A DNA stretch of 64,000 bases, from assembly GCA_022819825.1 (NCBI GenBank), contig JAJEGM010000028.1, positions 1,838 through 65,837 of the forward strand, given 5' to 3'. The notes beneath the pieces are model-generated. The model searched no databases. It saw only the letters and a list, made by a program, of their open reading frames with translations, and had not been told where the DNA came from. The position numbers and the translations under genes were made by a program. Positions 1 through 9,249 of this stretch are shown one piece after another (the stretch's first letter is position 1; every line of letters starts with the position of its first letter). This stretch comes from Acidimicrobiia bacterium. GTDB lineage: Bacteria > Actinomycetota > Acidimicrobiia > Acidimicrobiales > Bin134.

Positions 1-278
1 GGCTTCTGGTGATTGGCTTCACCAGCGGGCGAATCGCCGATGCCCCCACCAACCACATCTTGTTGAAGAACTACTCCGTGGTCGGCGTCCACTGGGGCGC
101 CTCGGTGGGTCGCAATCCCGAGCCGTCAGAGCGAGCCCGACAAGAGATATTCGCCCTCCTTGAAGAAGGCAGCCTCGATCCCCCGGTATTTCCCCCGTAC
201 GCCTTCGATGATGTCCCCACCGCCCTCGACGCCATCTACCAGCGCCGCACTTGGGGCAAGGTCATCGTGGAGCTATAA
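1..278 (+). CDS. 3' end of a zinc-type alcohol dehydrogenase / NADPH:quinone oxidoreductase (MDR superfamily) gene, truncated by the window edge
   Basis: The frame is open from the window edge to TAA at 276-278. The tail ..KNYSVVGVHWG..RRTWGKVIVEL resembles MDR/quinone-oxidoreductase C-termini. Confidence 0.6.
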   Translation, partial: LLVIGFTSGRIADAPTNHILLKNYSVVGVHWGASVGRNPEPSERARQEIFALLEEGSLDPPVFPPYAFDDVPTALDAIYQRRTWGKVIVEL

Positions 279-312
279 GCGGTCTCCGAAAGAAGCGGCG
301 GCTGAGTACGGT

Positions 313-780
313 CTACGTCGGCAGGTCGGGGCGGACGATTACCACGGGGCAGCTGCCGTGCTGGGCGATCTGCTGGCTGACCGACCCCAGCAGCAGGCCC
401 CGGAAACCACCCCGGCCCCGTGAGCCGACCACCAGCATGGCGGCGTTGTCCGACTCGGCGATCAGGGTGTCCGCGGCGCGGCCTCGAATCATGCGGCGCC
501 TGATCTCCACCCCTTGGGCGTCCACTTCGGCCAATACCTCGTCGATGATGCTGTCCTGCATCCGCTTCACCTCGGCCTCCAAATCGATGGGGTCCAGCGG
601 CACATAGTTGAAGTCGGGGGAGGCAGGCACGTAGGTGGTGGAGTAGGCGGTCACCACGTCCACGAAGGCGTTGCGGTGCCGAGCTTCTTTGATTGCCCAG
701 CGGAGTGCGGCGCGGGCTCCACCCGAACCCTCCACTCCGACGACGATCCGATTCTCCGGCTCGTTCAGGTCAGCCACCAT
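313..780 (-). CDS. universal stress protein (UspA family)
   Basis: 155-aa ORF. It has ..RIVVGVEGSGGARAAL.. at the N-terminus and the USP ATP-binding tail MLVVGSRGRGGFRGLLLGSVSQQIAQHGSCPVVIVRP. Confidence 0.85.
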   Translation of the reverse strand: MVADLNEPENRIVVGVEGSGGARAALRWAIKEARHRNAFVDVVTAYSTTYVPASPDFNYVPLDPIDLEAEVKRMQDSIIDEVLAEVDAQGVEIRRRMIRGRAADTLIAESDNAAMLVVGSRGRGGFRGLLLGSVSQQIAQHGSCPVVIVRPDLPT

Positions 781-801
781 GGGAACAGTGTAGCTACGCC
801 T

Positions 802-1590
802 CTACATCGGATCGTAGGGAAAGTCGGCATCCACTCCCCCATCCACCACCAAGGTGCGACCGGAAATGAAACCGGAGATGGGCGCCGAGAGGAAGAGCAC
901 TGCCCCCGCGATGTCCGACGGCACTCCCATGTGCCCCATCGGCACTGCGGCATCGTTGATCGCCTTCCGCTCCTCGTCGAACAACGCCTCCATGCGGGGG
1001 GTCAGGATCGTTCCGGGGGCCACGCAGTTTGCCCGGATCCCATGGGGGGCCAACTCGATGGCCACCGACTGCATCCACGCCATCAGCCCGGCTTTGGCCG
1101 CCCCGTAGTGGGCGTGGTTGGGGGCCGCAGTCAGCCCGCTCACCGAGGCGATGAACACCATCGTGCCACCGCCGGTCTCCTTCATGGCCCGACCGGCGAT
1201 CTGAGAGATGAGGTAGGCGTGGCGCAGCACCATGTCGAATTGCCAGTCCCACTCGGCATCATCGATGTCCAGCACCCCGGACCATCCGGAAACCCCCACG
1301 ATGTCGACGATTCCGTCAATCGATCCCATGGCCTGACCGGCTTCGTCCACCAAGTCCTGAACGTCCTCCCGCTTGGTGATGTCGGCCACCCTGGCGATGC
1401 CGTTCACCTCGTTGGCCACCTGCTCAGCCCGATCCTGCTCAAGGTCTACGCAGAACACCTTGGCCCCCATCTGGGCCAGCGCATGGGATGACTGGCGACC
1501 CATTCCCTGCCCGGCACCGAGCACAATGAAGCCTTTGCCGTCGAGCCTCATGAGCTGGGCGTAGTCGGGGACGGGTGAGGTATCGGACAT
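802..1590 (-). CDS. short-chain dehydrogenase/reductase (SDR)
   Basis: Gly-rich dinucleotide motif VLGAGQGMG and catalytic YGAAK (YxxxK). ATG at 1590 has GGAGG 7 nt upstream, whereas the track start at 1596 is TTG. Confidence 0.85.
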   Translation of the reverse strand: MSDTSPVPDYAQLMRLDGKGFIVLGAGQGMGRQSSHALAQMGAKVFCVDLEQDRAEQVANEVNGIARVADITKREDVQDLVDEAGQAMGSIDGIVDIVGVSGWSGVLDIDDAEWDWQFDMVLRHAYLISQIAGRAMKETGGGTMVFIASVSGLTAAPNHAHYGAAKAGLMAWMQSVAIELAPHGIRANCVAPGTILTPRMEALFDEERKAINDAAVPMGHMGVPSDIAGAVLFLSAPISGFISGRTLVVDGGVDADFPYDPM

Positions 1591-1592
1591 TG

Positions 1593-2048
1593 TCAAGCCT
1601 CCAGTTCAGACTGCTGTTCGGACTGCGACGCCGCCACTTTACGGAGGTGTCGCACCACATCGGCAAAATCGGAATAGCCCCATTGCTCGGTGATCTTGCC
1701 ATCGGCCAGGCGCACCATTTCGATCATTCCCCACTGGACTGCTTCACCAGTGGGTTCGATTCCCAACAGAGGACCGTTGTGAGTGCCTCGGGCTGTGATC
1801 TTGAGCACCACCAAGTCGCCTTCGGCCACAATCTCGTCGATGTGGTCTTGCCAATCGGGGAATGCCGTTCGCCATGTGGCAATCAGACGGCGCATCCCAT
1901 CAGGACCCGCTGGCCCCGGTCCCACTCCGTGGGCAACGAAGTCAGCGGCCAGCACTTCGTCGAGCAGGTCCACCTGCCCGCCATTAACGATGTCGCGCAC
2001 CAACCGCTCAACCACAGCCTTATTGGTTGCCTCAAGGCTGCTGGTCAT
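1593..2048 (-). CDS. SnoaL-like / ester-cyclase NTF2-fold protein
   Basis: The N-terminus NKAVVERLVRDIVNGGQVDLLDEVLAADFVAHG is typical of the ester-cyclase family. ATG 2048 forms an ATGA overlap with the upstream stop at 2045-2047. Confidence 0.75.
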   Translation of the reverse strand: MTSSLEATNKAVVERLVRDIVNGGQVDLLDEVLAADFVAHGVGPGPAGPDGMRRLIATWRTAFPDWQDHIDEIVAEGDLVVLKITARGTHNGPLLGIEPTGEAVQWGMIEMVRLADGKITEQWGYSDFADVVRHLRKVAASQSEQQSELEA

Positions 2049-2674
2049 GCCCATCGGGCCACAATGTCGTCCACGGTGACCATGGTGGTGAGAAAGGCCA
2101 TGGTGTTGTCCATCACCGCGTCGCCGTAGTCGGCTGGGATGCCGGCTACTGCATCGCCGGCCAGCACCACCTGATAGCCAAGGTCAACGGCGTTGATCAC
2201 GAGGCCCATCACCCCTACGTTGAGTGACACCCCGGCGGCCACCACCGTGGTGACCCCGAGATTGCGCAGGGTTTGGTCGAGCGAGGTCCCCATGAACGGC
2301 GACATCCCGTGCCAGCGGGCGATCTCGATGTCGGATGGTTGCGGGTCGAACTCCTGGATGACTTGGGCCGACTCCGACCCGATCAGCAGTCCGCCGGTCT
2401 GCTCGCTCATCTTGGCCGAAGCCGCCAGCATCCGGCAGTTGGCCACGCTCCCCGCTCGATCTTCCCGGAAATGGGTCAGGCAGTGCACCACCGGCACCTC
2501 GGCGGATCGGGCCCCGGCGCACAATCGGGCCCCGGCGTCGATAGCGCCCCGGTCGAGCATCACATCCCGCAAGCCCCCCATGGAGGCCATATCGCCGATC
2601 ACCCCCCGCTGGCATTCCATAGTGACCACTGCGGTGTGCGTTGGTGACAGAAGCTCGTCCAAGTCCACAGGCAT
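2045..2674 (-). CDS. isochorismatase-family hydrolase
   Basis: 209-aa ORF with ..HTAVVTMECQRGV.. and ..GVTTVVAAGVSLNVGV.. blocks characteristic of the isochorismatase/cysteine-hydrolase fold. The usual Cys position reads Gly (NVGV). Confidence 0.75.
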   Translation of the reverse strand: MPVDLDELLSPTHTAVVTMECQRGVIGDMASMGGLRDVMLDRGAIDAGARLCAGARSAEVPVVHCLTHFREDRAGSVANCRMLAASAKMSEQTGGLLIGSESAQVIQEFDPQPSDIEIARWHGMSPFMGTSLDQTLRNLGVTTVVAAGVSLNVGVMGLVINAVDLGYQVVLAGDAVAGIPADYGDAVMDNTMAFLTTMVTVDDIVARWA

Positions 2675-2702
2675 CGAATGAGACTAGCCCCTGGGGTCGT
2701 CC

Positions 2703-3497
2703 CTAGAGAGTCCGACAGGGCGGGGTCGGGATTGGCTCTCGGTTGAACTCAGCAAGAAGCTCGGCGATCTCAACCACATCGAGCCCCTGCCACGGGAACA
2801 GGCTCGGCAGAGTCTCGTTCTCGGCAAGGAACTCGGCGATCTCAACCACATCGAGGGCGTAGCCCTGGTCGCGCTCTCCCCGGGCGACGGCGAACACCAT
2901 TCCCCACACCTGGCCGTCCACGTTCACCAGCGCGGCCCCCGAATCTCCCGCAGCCAACAAAGAGCGAACTTCGAGTACTCGGCGGTTCTCTGCTTCTTGC
3001 CCGTAGAAGTCGCGTCCCTTGGCCCAGATCCTGCGTTTTACCGTGAAGGGAACGAACTCCAAGCCATCGTCGCGATCAACGGTGGCGGCATCACCCACGT
3101 CGGCCTCAGCGGCAACCATCGGCGCCAGCACAATCGGTGAGACATCCAGACCCGACACGGAGATCGCGGCAATGTCCCGGCCAGCGTCGAATCCCACCAG
3201 CTCCCCGACTACTGCCTCGCCGTCAGGCCCGGTCACAGTGATCTCCTCAACCCCGGCAACCACATGGGCGTTGGTGAGCACCAAGCCGGTTTCGGCGACA
3301 AACCCGCTTCCTTCACTGAACTGGCCGCAGGCCGTGCCTTTGATGTGAACCGCGGCGGATCGGATCTGCTCGCGCTCAGCCAGCACCGGCCGCTGCGGTG
3401 CATCCAGCGCCCATGTGAGACTCCAACCCAGCAGCAGCCCGAGCGCAGCCAGCCACAGCAGCCACCGCCGCCATTTCTTCAACTGGTCAAACAGCAC
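2703..3497 (-). CDS. membrane-anchored trypsin-like serine protease (S1 family, MarP-like catalytic domain)
   Basis: Catalytic triad contexts TNAHVV, GRDIAAI and GDSGAALV. N-terminal anchor KKWRRWLLWLAALGLLLGW. The start was moved to GTG 3497 (TTG 3482 is an alternative) because the track's 3635 start would overlap the upstream gene by about 150 nt. Confidence 0.75.
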   Translation of the reverse strand: MLFDQLKKWRRWLLWLAALGLLLGWSLTWALDAPQRPVLAEREQIRSAAVHIKGTACGQFSEGSGFVAETGLVLTNAHVVAGVEEITVTGPDGEAVVGELVGFDAGRDIAAISVSGLDVSPIVLAPMVAAEADVGDAATVDRDDGLEFVPFTVKRRIWAKGRDFYGQEAENRRVLEVRSLLAAGDSGAALVNVDGQVWGMVFAVARGERDQGYALDVVEIAEFLAENETLPSLFPWQGLDVVEIAELLAEFNREPIPTPPCRTL

Positions 3498-3858
3498 GCA
3501 GATCGTCGAGCGAGTAGTACGCCCGCAGCGAGGCCAGCAGGCCGTCGTCGTTGAACACGGCCACATCCACCACATCGAGTTCGTAGTCCACCCCATCGAA
3601 GCAGACCTGGGCCACCATCGGTACCGCTGCCTCATTGCCCGCCACCCGAACCGGCCCGGTCAACACCAGGGTCTCGGCCAGCTCGTTGCCCTCATAGAAG
3701 GCCCGTACGGCGTCGATGCCCTGGTGTACCGGCCCGCCCACCGGCACTTGGCACGAGCCGTCGGGGGCATAGAACGACACAATGGCCTCCTTGTCACCGG
3801 CACTCACGGCGGCGGCGTACCGCTCCATCACTTGGCGCATGTGCTGGGCTTCAACCAT
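3487..3858 (-). CDS. NTF2/SnoaL-like protein (ketosteroid-isomerase-like fold)
   Basis: 123-aa ORF. ..MERYAAAVSAGDKEAIVSFYAPDG..AVRAFYEGN.. is the typical SnoaL_2/KSI-like N-terminal pattern. Confidence 0.7.
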   Translation of the reverse strand: MVEAQHMRQVMERYAAAVSAGDKEAIVSFYAPDGSCQVPVGGPVHQGIDAVRAFYEGNELAETLVLTGPVRVAGNEAAVPMVAQVCFDGVDYELDVVDVAVFNDDGLLASLRAYYSLDDLRAV

Positions 3859-3880
3859 CGGGCACTCTCATTCTTTAAAT

Positions 3881-3931
3881 GGCATTCCTTTGCTGGCATT
3901 CTTTTGCTGGCTTTCAGCTACCGGCTTTCAG
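3881..3931. repeat. intergenic tandem direct repeats (2 x 14-mer, then 2 x 9-mer)
   Basis: GGCATTCCTTTGCT/GGCATTCTTTTGCT at 3881-3908, then GGCTTTCAG-N5-GGCTTTCAG at 3909-3931. The stretch is noticeably AT-richer than its flanks. Confidence 0.6.
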
Positions 3932-5151
3932 TTGCGGGGAATCTCGCTCCACGGGGTGTTCTTGTCCACTCCGGGTTCCTTGGGCAAGCCCAGCACCCGC
4001 TCGCCCAGGATGTTGCGCATCACCTCGGACGTGCCGCCCTCGATGGTGTTGGCCCGCGACCGCAGGAAGCCCTTGACTGGCGATGGATCGCGATAGGAAG
4101 CGCTACCTGACTGATCGGGTCTTGACATCGGATAGCCCTGCGGGAACAGCATGGCTTCCGACCCCATCACATCGATCAGGCACTCATAGATCCGCTGATT
4201 CAACTCGGCCGACACTGCCTTGCCCACCGATCCCTCCGGACCGGGCGTGCCCGCCGACGACAGGGTGCGAGCACGCCAGTTGGTCAACCGCAAGACCTCG
4301 GCCTCGGTCCACAATCGCACCACTCGATCCCGCAGCACCTGGCGACTGGCAGGATCCCGGCCATCGGCTTCGTCCCTCAGGCGCTCCCAAGCCGACACCA
4401 AGATGCCGATGAGCCCGCTGCCCCGCTCGGGAACCCCGCCGCCGAGCGCCACTCTCTCGTTCATAAGGGTGGTAATGGCCACATTCCACCCCTGGCCCCG
4501 CTCTCCCAGCCGCATGGAGTCGGGAATGCGAACCTCGTTCAGGAAAATCTCGTTGAATTCGGCCTCGCCGGTGATCTGGTAAAGAGGACGAACCTCCACT
4601 CCCGATAGCGTCATGTCGAGCACGAAATAAGTGAGGCCCCGGTGTTTGGGAGCGTCGGGGTCGGTGCGAGCCACCAGCATCCCCCATCGGGAACGATGGG
4701 CCAGCGAGGTCCACACCTTTTGGCCATTCACCACCCATTCATCTCCGTCGAGCTCGGCCCGGGAGGCCAAACCAGCCACATCGGAGCCCGCGCCCGGCTC
4801 GCTGAACATCTGGCACCAGATCTCCTCACCGGTGTAGAGCGGCCGCAGCAGGCGGTGGTGCATCTCCTCGGTGCCGTGGGCCAACACGGTGGGAGCACCC
4901 ATGCCAATGCCGATGGGGTTGACGTTCAGATCGTGCCAATACCGGCTGCCCTTGCGCAGCTCCTCGTCCACCACGGTCTGGGCCTTGGGCGACAGGCCGA
5001 GCCCGCCTTTGCCTTCAGGAAAGTCAACCCGGGAGAGGCCCCGGTCGAATTGAGCACCCCGAAACTCGTATTGCGTGGCCACCGCGGGGTCGACGTCGGC
5101 TAGGAGGTCTCGCACCTTCTGGCGAAGCTGATCCTCAGATATCTCGGCCAC
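3928..5151 (-). CDS. acyl-CoA dehydrogenase
   Basis: 407-aa ORF with ACAD blocks ..WCQMFSEPGAGSD.., ..GQKVWTS.. and the C-terminal ..TIEGGTSEVMRNILGERVLGLPKEP. Confidence 0.9.
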   Translation of the reverse strand: MAEISEDQLRQKVRDLLADVDPAVATQYEFRGAQFDRGLSRVDFPEGKGGLGLSPKAQTVVDEELRKGSRYWHDLNVNPIGIGMGAPTVLAHGTEEMHHRLLRPLYTGEEIWCQMFSEPGAGSDVAGLASRAELDGDEWVVNGQKVWTSLAHRSRWGMLVARTDPDAPKHRGLTYFVLDMTLSGVEVRPLYQITGEAEFNEIFLNEVRIPDSMRLGERGQGWNVAITTLMNERVALGGGVPERGSGLIGILVSAWERLRDEADGRDPASRQVLRDRVVRLWTEAEVLRLTNWRARTLSSAGTPGPEGSVGKAVSAELNQRIYECLIDVMGSEAMLFPQGYPMSRPDQSGSASYRDPSPVKGFLRSRANTIEGGTSEVMRNILGERVLGLPKEPGVDKNTPWSEIPRN

Positions 5152-5162
5152 CGTTTGTCCTC

Positions 5163-6314
5163 TCAGGAATACCGATCGCGCAACTGCCGGGCGATCACCA
5201 TCTTTTGGATTTCGCTGGTTCCCTCACCGATGATCATGAGGGGCGTGTCGCGAAAGTAGCGCTCCACCGGATATTCCTCGGTATAACCGTTGCCCCCGTG
5301 GATGCGCAGCGCATCGGAGGCGATCTCAAAGGCGGCCTCAGAAGCGAACAGCTTGGCCATGCCCGCTTCCAAGTCGATGCGCTCCCCAGAGTCATAGCGG
5401 CGGGCAGCGTCATAGGTCATGAGCCGGGCCGCGTGGAGCTTAGTAGCCATCTCGGCCAGCTTGAACCCGATGGCCTGGTGGTCGTAGATGGGCCGCCCGA
5501 ACGTCTCCCGCTCCTGGGCGTACTTCATGGCTGCTTCCAGGGCGGCTTGCGCCACCCCAACTGCTCGGGCAGCGATATTGATCCGGCCTAGCTCCAAGGC
5601 CGACAGGGCATAGCCCAGTCCGTGGCCCACGCCATCGGGACCGCCGAGCACGTTGGCGTCGGGCACCCGGAAGTCGGAGTAGGCCATCTCCACGGTCTCT
5701 ACACCCTTGTATCCCAGCTTGGGGATGGTGCGCGACACGGTGAGGCCGTCGGCACTCGGTCCCGGCTCCTTCTCCACGATGAAGCAGGTGATGCGCTCGT
5801 CGGGGGTTCGGGCCAAAAGCATTACCATCTGGGCTCGCATGCCGTTGGTCACCCACATTTTGGTGCCGTTGATGATCCACTCTTCGCCGTCGGGCACCGC
5901 CCGGCAGCGGATATTGCGGGTGTCGCTGCCCGCGTCGGGCTCTGACAGCGAGAAGGCCGATCGCACCGATCCATCGCACATGCGGGGCAAGAAACGATCC
6001 CGCTGCTCGTCGGTGCCGTAGCGCCCGATCATGGTGGCCGCGATCTTGTGGGTGTTGAGGATGCCAGCCAGCGACATCCATCCCCGGGAGAGCTCCTCGA
6101 TGATCCGGGCATAGGTGGTGGCGTCCAGTCCCAAGCCGCCGTAGGACTCATCGATGGTGGCCCCGAACAGGCCGAATTCGCACATCTGGGCGAACATCGC
6201 CTCGGGAAACTCGTCGGCGTGCTCGAGATCAGAAGCGTTGGGGATGACCTCCCGATCCACCCAGGTTCGGATCGCGCCGACCAACTCGTCGGCCAAGCCG
6301 GGGTCGGTGGGCAT
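5163..6314 (-). CDS. acyl-CoA dehydrogenase
   Basis: ACAD blocks ..FSLSEPDAGSD.., ..GTKMWVTNG.. and ..IGEGTSEIQKMVIARQL. ATG 6314 shares one nt with the thiolase stop (TGATG). The track's 6521 start is an Arg/Pro-rich extension overlapping the thiolase. Confidence 0.9.
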   Translation of the reverse strand: MPTDPGLADELVGAIRTWVDREVIPNASDLEHADEFPEAMFAQMCEFGLFGATIDESYGGLGLDATTYARIIEELSRGWMSLAGILNTHKIAATMIGRYGTDEQRDRFLPRMCDGSVRSAFSLSEPDAGSDTRNIRCRAVPDGEEWIINGTKMWVTNGMRAQMVMLLARTPDERITCFIVEKEPGPSADGLTVSRTIPKLGYKGVETVEMAYSDFRVPDANVLGGPDGVGHGLGYALSALELGRINIAARAVGVAQAALEAAMKYAQERETFGRPIYDHQAIGFKLAEMATKLHAARLMTYDAARRYDSGERIDLEAGMAKLFASEAAFEIASDALRIHGGNGYTEEYPVERYFRDTPLMIIGEGTSEIQKMVIARQLRDRYS

Positions 6315-7489
6315 CAGAGCCTTTCGATGAGAGTTCCGGTGCCCAGGCCGCCTCCGCAGCACATGGTGATGAGCCCCCACTGGCCGTCGGTGCGCTCCAG
6401 CTCGTGCAGGGCCTTGGTTACCAGGATCGACCCGGTTCCCCCGAGCGGGTGGCCCAGCGCGATGGCCCCGCCGTTGGGGTTCACCCTCTCCATATCGGGC
6501 TCGTGCTCGGCAGCCCAGCACAGCACCACCGAGGCGAATGCCTCGTTGATCTCCACCACGTCGATGTCGTCCATGGCAAGCCCGCTTCGCTCAAGCAGTC
6601 GGTGGGTGGCCGGGATCGGCCCTTCCAGCATCAACACCGGATCACACCCCACCAAGCAGGTCTCGGCCACCCGGGCCCTGGGGGTGAGCCCGAGATCTTC
6701 GGCCCGATCGGCGGTCATCATGAGCACCGCGCCGGCTCCGTCGGAAATCTGCGACGACGACCCCGCGGTGTGGACACCCTCGGGTCGGGCTACTGGCTTG
6801 AGGCCGGCCAGACCTTCCAGGGTGGTCTCCCGCAGGCCCTCGTCCACGCTCACAGTGGCTGTTTCATCGGTCTTCTTGCCGTCCTCATCCAGCACTGGGG
6901 CCTCAATGGACACGATCTGGGTCTCAAATCGGCCCTCGTCCCAGGCCCGGGCGGCCCGCTGCTGGGAGGACAGCCCGAAGCGATCGCAGTCTTCCCGAGT
7001 GACGCCCCACTTGTCGGCCATCCGCTCCGCACCCTCGAACTGGGAGGTGAACTCGTAGTTGGCAAAGTAGTCGCGGGTCACCGGTCGGCCCACCCCATCG
7101 GCGGTGGCGTTCGACCCGATCGGCACGATGCTCATGCTCTCCACACCGCAGGCCATCACCGCGTCTTCCACGCCGGACTTCACCAGGCTGTAGGCCAGGT
7201 TCACCGCATGCTGCGACGAGCCGCACTGGGAGTCCACCGTGCTGCACGCCGCTTCCTCGGGCAACCCAGCAGTGAGCCACGCGGTGCGGGTCACGTTCAT
7301 GGCCTGGGCTCCGATCTGGTCAACGCAGCCACCTACCACCTGGCCAATGGCAGTGGGGTCGATGCCCGATCGCTCGACCGCAGCCGACTGCACCTGGCTG
7401 AGCAAAGAAGTGGGATGGACGGAAGACAAACCGCCGTTTCGCTTGCCCACCGGGGAGCGAACGGCCTCAACAATCACGACTTCGGTCAT
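6314..7489 (-). CDS. acetyl-CoA C-acyltransferase (thiolase)
   Basis: N-terminus MTEVVIVEAVRSPVGKRNGGL, active-site contexts ..VDSQCGSSQ.. and ..NPNGGAIALGHPLGGTG.. ..CCGGGLGTG. ATG 7489 is chosen as the family-typical start. Confidence 0.9.
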   Translation of the reverse strand: MTEVVIVEAVRSPVGKRNGGLSSVHPTSLLSQVQSAAVERSGIDPTAIGQVVGGCVDQIGAQAMNVTRTAWLTAGLPEEAACSTVDSQCGSSQHAVNLAYSLVKSGVEDAVMACGVESMSIVPIGSNATADGVGRPVTRDYFANYEFTSQFEGAERMADKWGVTREDCDRFGLSSQQRAARAWDEGRFETQIVSIEAPVLDEDGKKTDETATVSVDEGLRETTLEGLAGLKPVARPEGVHTAGSSSQISDGAGAVLMMTADRAEDLGLTPRARVAETCLVGCDPVLMLEGPIPATHRLLERSGLAMDDIDVVEINEAFASVVLCWAAEHEPDMERVNPNGGAIALGHPLGGTGSILVTKALHELERTDGQWGLITMCCGGGLGTGTLIERL

Positions 7490-7569
7490 GGACCCACGAT
7501 AGAGCCTCAGGCCCTTATTCAACCCGTCGAAGTCGGTCGAACACCAGCAAGTGGTTAGGGTCTTGAGCC

Positions 7570-9237
7570 GTGGGTGTTCGAGACGACGTGATTCAAGAGC
7601 TGACTGGACCGGAGGGGTTGTTCGAGCTGACCACCGAGGAGGTCTTGGGGCAGCCGGCGGCGGTTTTTGCCAGCCGGATGCGCTCGCTGCGGGAAATGGT
7701 GGCCAACACCGCCAACTTCGGCGACCGGGAGTTCTTGGTACTGGAAGACCAGCGCCACACCTTCAACGACTTCATCGCCCAAGTGGCGGCCGCGGCCACA
7801 GCCTTGCAGCAGCGGGGTATTGGCCACGGCGACCGGGTGGCCATCTTCGCGGCCAACTGCCCCGAGTGGGTGGTGTCGTTCTTCGCCGCCACGAGCATCG
7901 GCACCATCGTGTCGGCCTACAACGGCTGGTGGACCGCCGACGAGGTGGACTACGCCACCACGCTGGGCGCACCGGCGCTAGTGATTGCCGACCGCCCCCG
8001 TCTGGAGCGGTCGGGCAAGGGCGAAACCGACGCCCCGTGCCTGGTGATCGAGGACGACTGGGCCGAATTTATGGATGCTGGTGCCGGAGCCGCTCTTGAC
8101 GACATCGATGTCCCACTAGCCGAGGACGATCCGGCGGTGATCCTGTTCACCAGCGGCACCACCGGTCGCCCGAAGGGGGCGATGGCGTCGCATCGAGGGC
8201 TGATCGGGTTTGTGCAGTCCACGATGATGAACGGTGCGGTGCGGGTATTCACCGAGAAGCGAACCAACCCACCGGCCGACGGGGGTACCGCGCCCAGCCC
8301 GCCAACCCAGTCGGTGACCTTGGGCACATCGCCGCTGTTCCACGTTTCGGGGCTCTACGGCACCGCGCTCATCAGCATGGTCACCGGGGGCAAGATCGTG
8401 TACCGCCGAGGCCGCTTCGACCCCGAGGCGGTGCTCCAACTCATCCAAGACGAGGGGGTCACCACCTTCGCCGCTCTGGGCAGCATCGGCCCCCGAATTG
8501 TGAACCACCCCCGCTTCGGAGAGTTCGACACCTCCAGCGTGGTCAACGTGGGCTTCGGCGGGGCGCCGGCCAGCCCGGCAGTGCAAGACCTGATGCGCCA
8601 GGCCTTTCCCAACGCCGCGCCCTCGGTGGGCATGGGCTACGGCTCGTCGGAGTCGGTGGCGGTCATCGCCGGCATCGGCGGTGCCGAGTATCGGGAGCGG
8701 CCCACGTCGTGCGGCCAGGTGGCAATCGGGTTCGAAGCCGAGGTCCGCGGCCCCGACGGCCAGGCGCTGCCCACCGGGCAAGAGGGCGACATCTGGTGCC
8801 GCAGCGCCTACACCATGCTCGAGTACTGGAACGACCCCGAGGCCACTGCGGCGACCATCGATGAGGACCGATGGCTCAACACCGGCGACATCGGATGCTT
8901 CGACGACGACGGCTACCTCTACATCAACTCCCGAGCCCGGGACATGATCCTGCGCAACGCCGAGAACATCTACCCCATCGAGATCGAGTACCGCCTCGAC
9001 GCCCACCCGTCGGTCTCGGAGTCAGCGGTGTACGGCGTTGAGCATCCCGAGATGGGCCAAGAGGTGAAAGCCGTAGTGGTTCCCACCCACGGGGCTGCGG
9101 TGAACCCTGAAGATCTAGCCCAATGGTGCCAAGAAGTACTCGCCCCCTACAAGATCCCCACCCTTTGGGAGATCCGTCCCGACCCTCTCCCCCGGAACGC
9201 CGCCGGCAAGGTGGTCAAGCGGGAGTTGTACGCCTAG
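7570..9237 (+). CDS. AMP-dependent acyl-CoA synthetase/ligase
   Basis: 555-aa ORF with the AMP-binding signature ILFTSGTTGRPKGAM and ..TGDIGCFDDDGYLYINSRARDMI.. ..GKVVKREL. It is divergent from the thiolase operon. Confidence 0.9.
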   Translation: MGVRDDVIQELTGPEGLFELTTEEVLGQPAAVFASRMRSLREMVANTANFGDREFLVLEDQRHTFNDFIAQVAAAATALQQRGIGHGDRVAIFAANCPEWVVSFFAATSIGTIVSAYNGWWTADEVDYATTLGAPALVIADRPRLERSGKGETDAPCLVIEDDWAEFMDAGAGAALDDIDVPLAEDDPAVILFTSGTTGRPKGAMASHRGLIGFVQSTMMNGAVRVFTEKRTNPPADGGTAPSPPTQSVTLGTSPLFHVSGLYGTALISMVTGGKIVYRRGRFDPEAVLQLIQDEGVTTFAALGSIGPRIVNHPRFGEFDTSSVVNVGFGGAPASPAVQDLMRQAFPNAAPSVGMGYGSSESVAVIAGIGGAEYRERPTSCGQVAIGFEAEVRGPDGQALPTGQEGDIWCRSAYTMLEYWNDPEATAATIDEDRWLNTGDIGCFDDDGYLYINSRARDMILRNAENIYPIEIEYRLDAHPSVSESAVYGVEHPEMGQEVKAVVVPTHGAAVNPEDLAQWCQEVLAPYKIPTLWEIRPDPLPRNAAGKVVKRELYA

Positions 9238-9249
9238 GCGCAACCCCTC

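Noticed and set aside
2760-2855. 24-bp perfect direct repeat (CTCGGCGATCTCAACCACATCGAG at 2760 and 2832)
   Set aside because: It lies in frame at the 3' end of the protease gene and encodes a duplicated LDVVEIAE(F/L)LAE segment. This is a small internal duplication, not a mobile-element end or a regulatory site.
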